DNA of 63,202 nucleotides, filler included, from Perkinsus chesapeaki ATCC PRA-425 (Eukaryota; Protista; Perkinsozoa): the NCBI GenBank assembly GCA_013115145.1. It is 13 parts of 13 records of this genome, joined end to end, with 100 filler letters (N's around TTAATTAATTAA, not from the genome) between each part and the next. Parts side by side here need not be neighbours in the genome. Positions count along the whole stretch, not along the records: positions 58,025 to 61,633 come from JAAPAO010001379.1; positions 61,734 to 63,202 come from JAAPAO010001943.1; 11 more parts are not named here. One strand, given 5' to 3'. This document shows, in pieces, positions 59,368 to 63,202 of this stretch (its first letter is position 1; each line of letters begins with the position of its first letter). The translations under genes and the position numbers were made by a program. Under the pieces are notes generated by a model. The model was not told the DNA's origin, did no database searches, and saw only the letters and a list, made by a program, of their open reading frames with translations.

Positions 59368-60305
59368 GCTACAGTCAATTACCAACAACTAAGTTGTCGC
59401 AGATCTCTAAGGAACCCCGAGAAACATTACGGAGCGACCTAGTGAGCCGTGGACATCTCTAAAGGATCGATGACTTAAAATAAGCGTTTCAAAGCGATTA
59501 TGAAACTGACCGGCGACGCTATCATGTCACTGGCAGTTTCAGAATGGAACGGTGGTTCTCGGAGCGCTTCTCCAGCGCTGGTATTAAGGAACATTCTACA
59601 GGGACTACATTCTGCAGGGATTATCTGGTAGTTCACAGAGACGTACAAGAACGAGCTCAAACCATCGGGGGGCATATGGACTATTGGCATGCCAAAGAAA
59701 TGCTCAGTCACTAACAAGGCACACACGACATTATTACCGCAATCTACTAGTGTTCGGTATTGTTATTATTCCTCAAGAACTCGTATATCATTTGGCAAAG
59801 TTGTTGACATTTTCTTAGTAAGAGCCTTATTGTAAGACATGTGTAGAAATTGGGCCTTTGCCAGGTCATCTCAACCCGGAGACCGTCGACTTGCCTCCTA
59901 AACAGGATTGTAGGCAAAAGGACGAACATTACTCGTCGGATTATGTTCCGAAGGGCATAAAGCCACAAGCTGTTTTATGTAAGTCAATACTGATAGGGTA
60001 ATAATAATGACAATAACTGATAACTTGCTCACTATGAGACGTACCGGTGTGTTGTGGCCCATCATATGCATTATATTACTGTGTATCAGTAATAAAATAG
60101 GAAGGAATACAATAGGAGCATGTCGTAGATAGATTCATGCTTGCTAGAGCGAGAAAAACGGGCGATCCTACTGAAACTGTCGGGGCCCTTCGCTATACTC
60201 GTTTCAAAACGGCTTGAAACGGCACAGAGAGGCAGGTGAGTCTACTGTTTAACAGGCAAATTTGTTCGAGATCAGCTTGTCAAGTTGACTTTAACTCCTA
60301 CAGAT

Positions 60306-61633
60306 ATGAGGCTCATCTCATCTCTAGCTTTGGTGGCTGTCACATTACCAGATATGGTATTAGCCCGCACTAGGCTACCTAAGGATAATAAGAAAGCATG
60401 TAAGCTAACTATTGTGAAGGAAGTTCACTCCATTCCTTGTGGGGTATTACTGCTCCTTTTTCAGGGCAACCAAAGATAAAGAAGACGGTCAGCGGATTCA
60501 GATGGGAAATTTACGCCAATGGACGTGGAAGTTATAAGAAGCCTGGAAATTTCAAATGCAGCGGCAAGTGGAAGAACGCCGTCACTTATGGAGCTCGAAA
60601 GAAGGAAATTAAAGAGTGAGTCGCATATAATCCACTTTAGTGGATTTAAACTACTCACGCATTGGTTATCAGGTTCTGTGTTCGGCTGCATGAGAATCAG
60701 CAAGATGATAGGGGCTATAAGGATGCTCCTAAAAAATACAGTAATTAACCTCACATGGATCTACAAGGCTCTACGGACCTTTAGGATGCATTCTTGATCC
60801 AAACGATGACGGCAACGACCATGGCAGGAAGGACAGAGATTGGCTGTAGCTATAAAATGCAATATTTGATTTTACAGATTTCCTGTCTTAGTTGTTACGA
60901 GAAGGTCCCGGAATTTGTGTTGCTTCCTCCGCATGGTCCAGAATATAAAAGCAATTGCACCAGCCTCGACGACTATGTGCCGAAGTGTAAGTTGAGGCTT
61001 TGGATTTATGACATCATATTTCAGGGTACCCCAATGAGAGCCCTCCAGAATGGTGTACTTATAATTGGTATGCTGATTATCAAACATGTTGGTGTATGAA
61101 GGGGTTCTATAGAACATCACCACATGATACATCTTTACACATGAGGTAACCCACATTTTAATTTCATCAATTGGATGTGTATTGAATAACAATGACGGCA
61201 TTTACGATATTTTTCTCAGGGCATGTCCTGACGATACCATCATTATGGAACCAAGGCTGGTTTATTCGTATGCTTGGTTGGAAGCAAGATACCCTCCCAC
61301 CACAACTACCACTACGACAACAACAACTACCACTACAACAACAACCACTACAACTACGACAACTACCACAACTACTACAACAACAAGCGCAACAACTACT
61401 TCTACCACCACTACAACTACTACGACTACAAGCTCTTCTCTGCCTACTACGGTCTCAGCGGTCACTTCAACTCCAACCACAACTGCCAGTACTACAGCAG
61501 TTGGTACTTCTAAGAGATGCATCTGTCCGTCACCTACTAGTAGTTATTTTGAGACAACCAATACTATCATCCAGACAACTTCAAGCCCTACAACAGTTAA
61601 ACCTACAGTTGCTGTGACTACAACATCGGAGAG
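60306..61633 (+). CDS. Secreted mucin-like protein, copy B; multi-exon, 3'-truncated
   Basis: Same exon series as copy A in the opposite orientation, with a long poly-Thr run and the same KRCICPSPTSSYFETT motif. Confidence 0.8.
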
Positions 61634-63202
61634 NNNNNNNNNNNNNNNNNNNNNNNNNNNNNNNNNNNNNNNNNNNNTTAATTAATTAANNNNNNNNNNN
61701 NNNNNNNNNNNNNNNNNNNNNNNNNNNNNNNNNCAACATGTCGCGGAGCTGCTTCGCGACATGTTCGCAAAATTTTTCTGAGTAGTGCAAAAGTGTATAT
61801 TTCACCCATCGCCATGTGGGCAATTATCAATTTTTCAATTTGGTTGGAAAAACACCAATGAGAGGAAAAGCTAACAAACAGAGTTATTCCCAACCGGTTA
61901 AGGAAAAACCAGTTGGCAAAAGGGCTTTATAATAAAGCCTTTATTCGGAACGGGAGATCAGAATCTGATCTCCTGTTATCCTGTATCTGATCATTAGATT
62001 CCTTCTCAACATTTGTCAGTGCTATGTTTCTCATTGTTCAACTCAGGACTGGACGATGGCAAGGTCATAGTAACGAATAACAATAGTGGTTATGGCTTCA
62101 AATTATTACTTATGTAGTATAGCAAATTAACTAGCGTAACAACTTTGTGTTCCAGACAGATTAGAGGATATACAAGATGGCAAGATATAACAATATTTAC
62201 TCATCGATCAATAAAATACTATCACAACATTTCATCTTGAGATACTAATAACTTCAGAGGTAGCTCAGCAGCTATCTATAGCGTCTAAACCGTCATCTAG
62301 CAGCTAGCTTCTAGCTCTCAACTTTCATCATTTGTCGGCTCTCCAGATAACATTGGTGTTGGTGAGCGTGAGGGGCGCTATGTTTCCAACTTTGTATATG
62401 AGCGTGACTTGGGCCTCAATGAGGCCATTTGGGGTACCAATTTGGTACCCCAATAACGATAATAGTTGCTGGTCTAATTCCCCTTCGAAGTTATGTTGGT
62501 CGTTTCCTAAGGAAACTTGGTCATCTTCAAGAAAAGTATAGATTCCTTGTACTCAAGTTGATCATTGCGATGATAACGAGGCCTTCCAAGTTATAACTTT
62601 TCAAGTTTAACTTGAGGATCAATTGAAGGCTTCTAAGGAATTCTACATTTGTGCTTGCTAATCGGCTACATCCCTTCACGATGAGTTAGCTATTATTGAA
62701 GGTATATGATTCATTGACTTTGTTAGTTTGTTTATATATTGGTGACTTTTTTGTTGCTTAGAACAAAACCTGCTTTACAGGCGTGCTCAACATACCTGCA
62801 CGCGTGCGTGAGCAACATTTGGTTACCATGTCACAAATGGTCCATGCGCGACTCCACAACACAACCCTCACCGCCTCGTCCAGAATCTTCCTTAAATGGA
62901 AGGATATTGACTCATAGAACATTCGGGATGAACCAACAAAAAAGCTGAGTTGTCTTAACGCCTCAGACTTGCGCAGTAACAATCACATTTCAACAAACTA
63001 GCTAAAGATCAGAGATATTTAGCAAATGGTATTGCGCCCGACAAGTCATATTTTCATCATCGTCCTGCATACTGACTAAAGCTTATGCATAAATGCACAC
63101 CCAGCCTAGGTTGCTCTGTTTACAGACCATGTCTCCGGGACACCTTTCGAAGATCTGAAGCACATTCAACATTCAACATTAACTTTTTAAGTTACGAAGA
63201 CG

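Overview
Eukaryotic draft-assembly window made of about 13 unrelated short contigs. They are joined by 100-nt N spacers carrying the six-frame stop linker TTAATTAATTAA, so order and adjacency across these gaps mean nothing biologically. An alveolate-type GAPDH start ([22 protein letters not shown]), many ~45-55 nt GT-AG introns, a secreted pepsin-like protease and LTR retroelements suggest a Perkinsus-like alveolate parasite (inference). Recognisable genes: histidine phosphatase/PGM-family, SANT/Myb, PH-like, aspartic protease, glycosyltransferase-like, GAPDH (fragment), EFL1/RIA1 GTPase, syntaxin, SEC14/CRAL-TRIO+GOLD and tRNA-Thr(UGU). Mobile elements: a Bel/Pao-type gag-pol, a Ty3/Gypsy-like pol with an atypical VQDD motif, and a parvovirus-NS1/Rep-like SF3 helicase followed by two strong hairpins. 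Best leads: (1) the Rep/NS1-like element; (2) a window-wide excess of perfect palindromes with a 1-nt centre, often in overlapping chains; (3) a 14-mer repeated inside several introns; (4) an XRCC4-like gene; (5) a tandem 'MFK' family of small secreted proteins headed by a (VIKGPFVPV)n repeat ORF. All domain calls are by-eye motif recognition; no searches were run.
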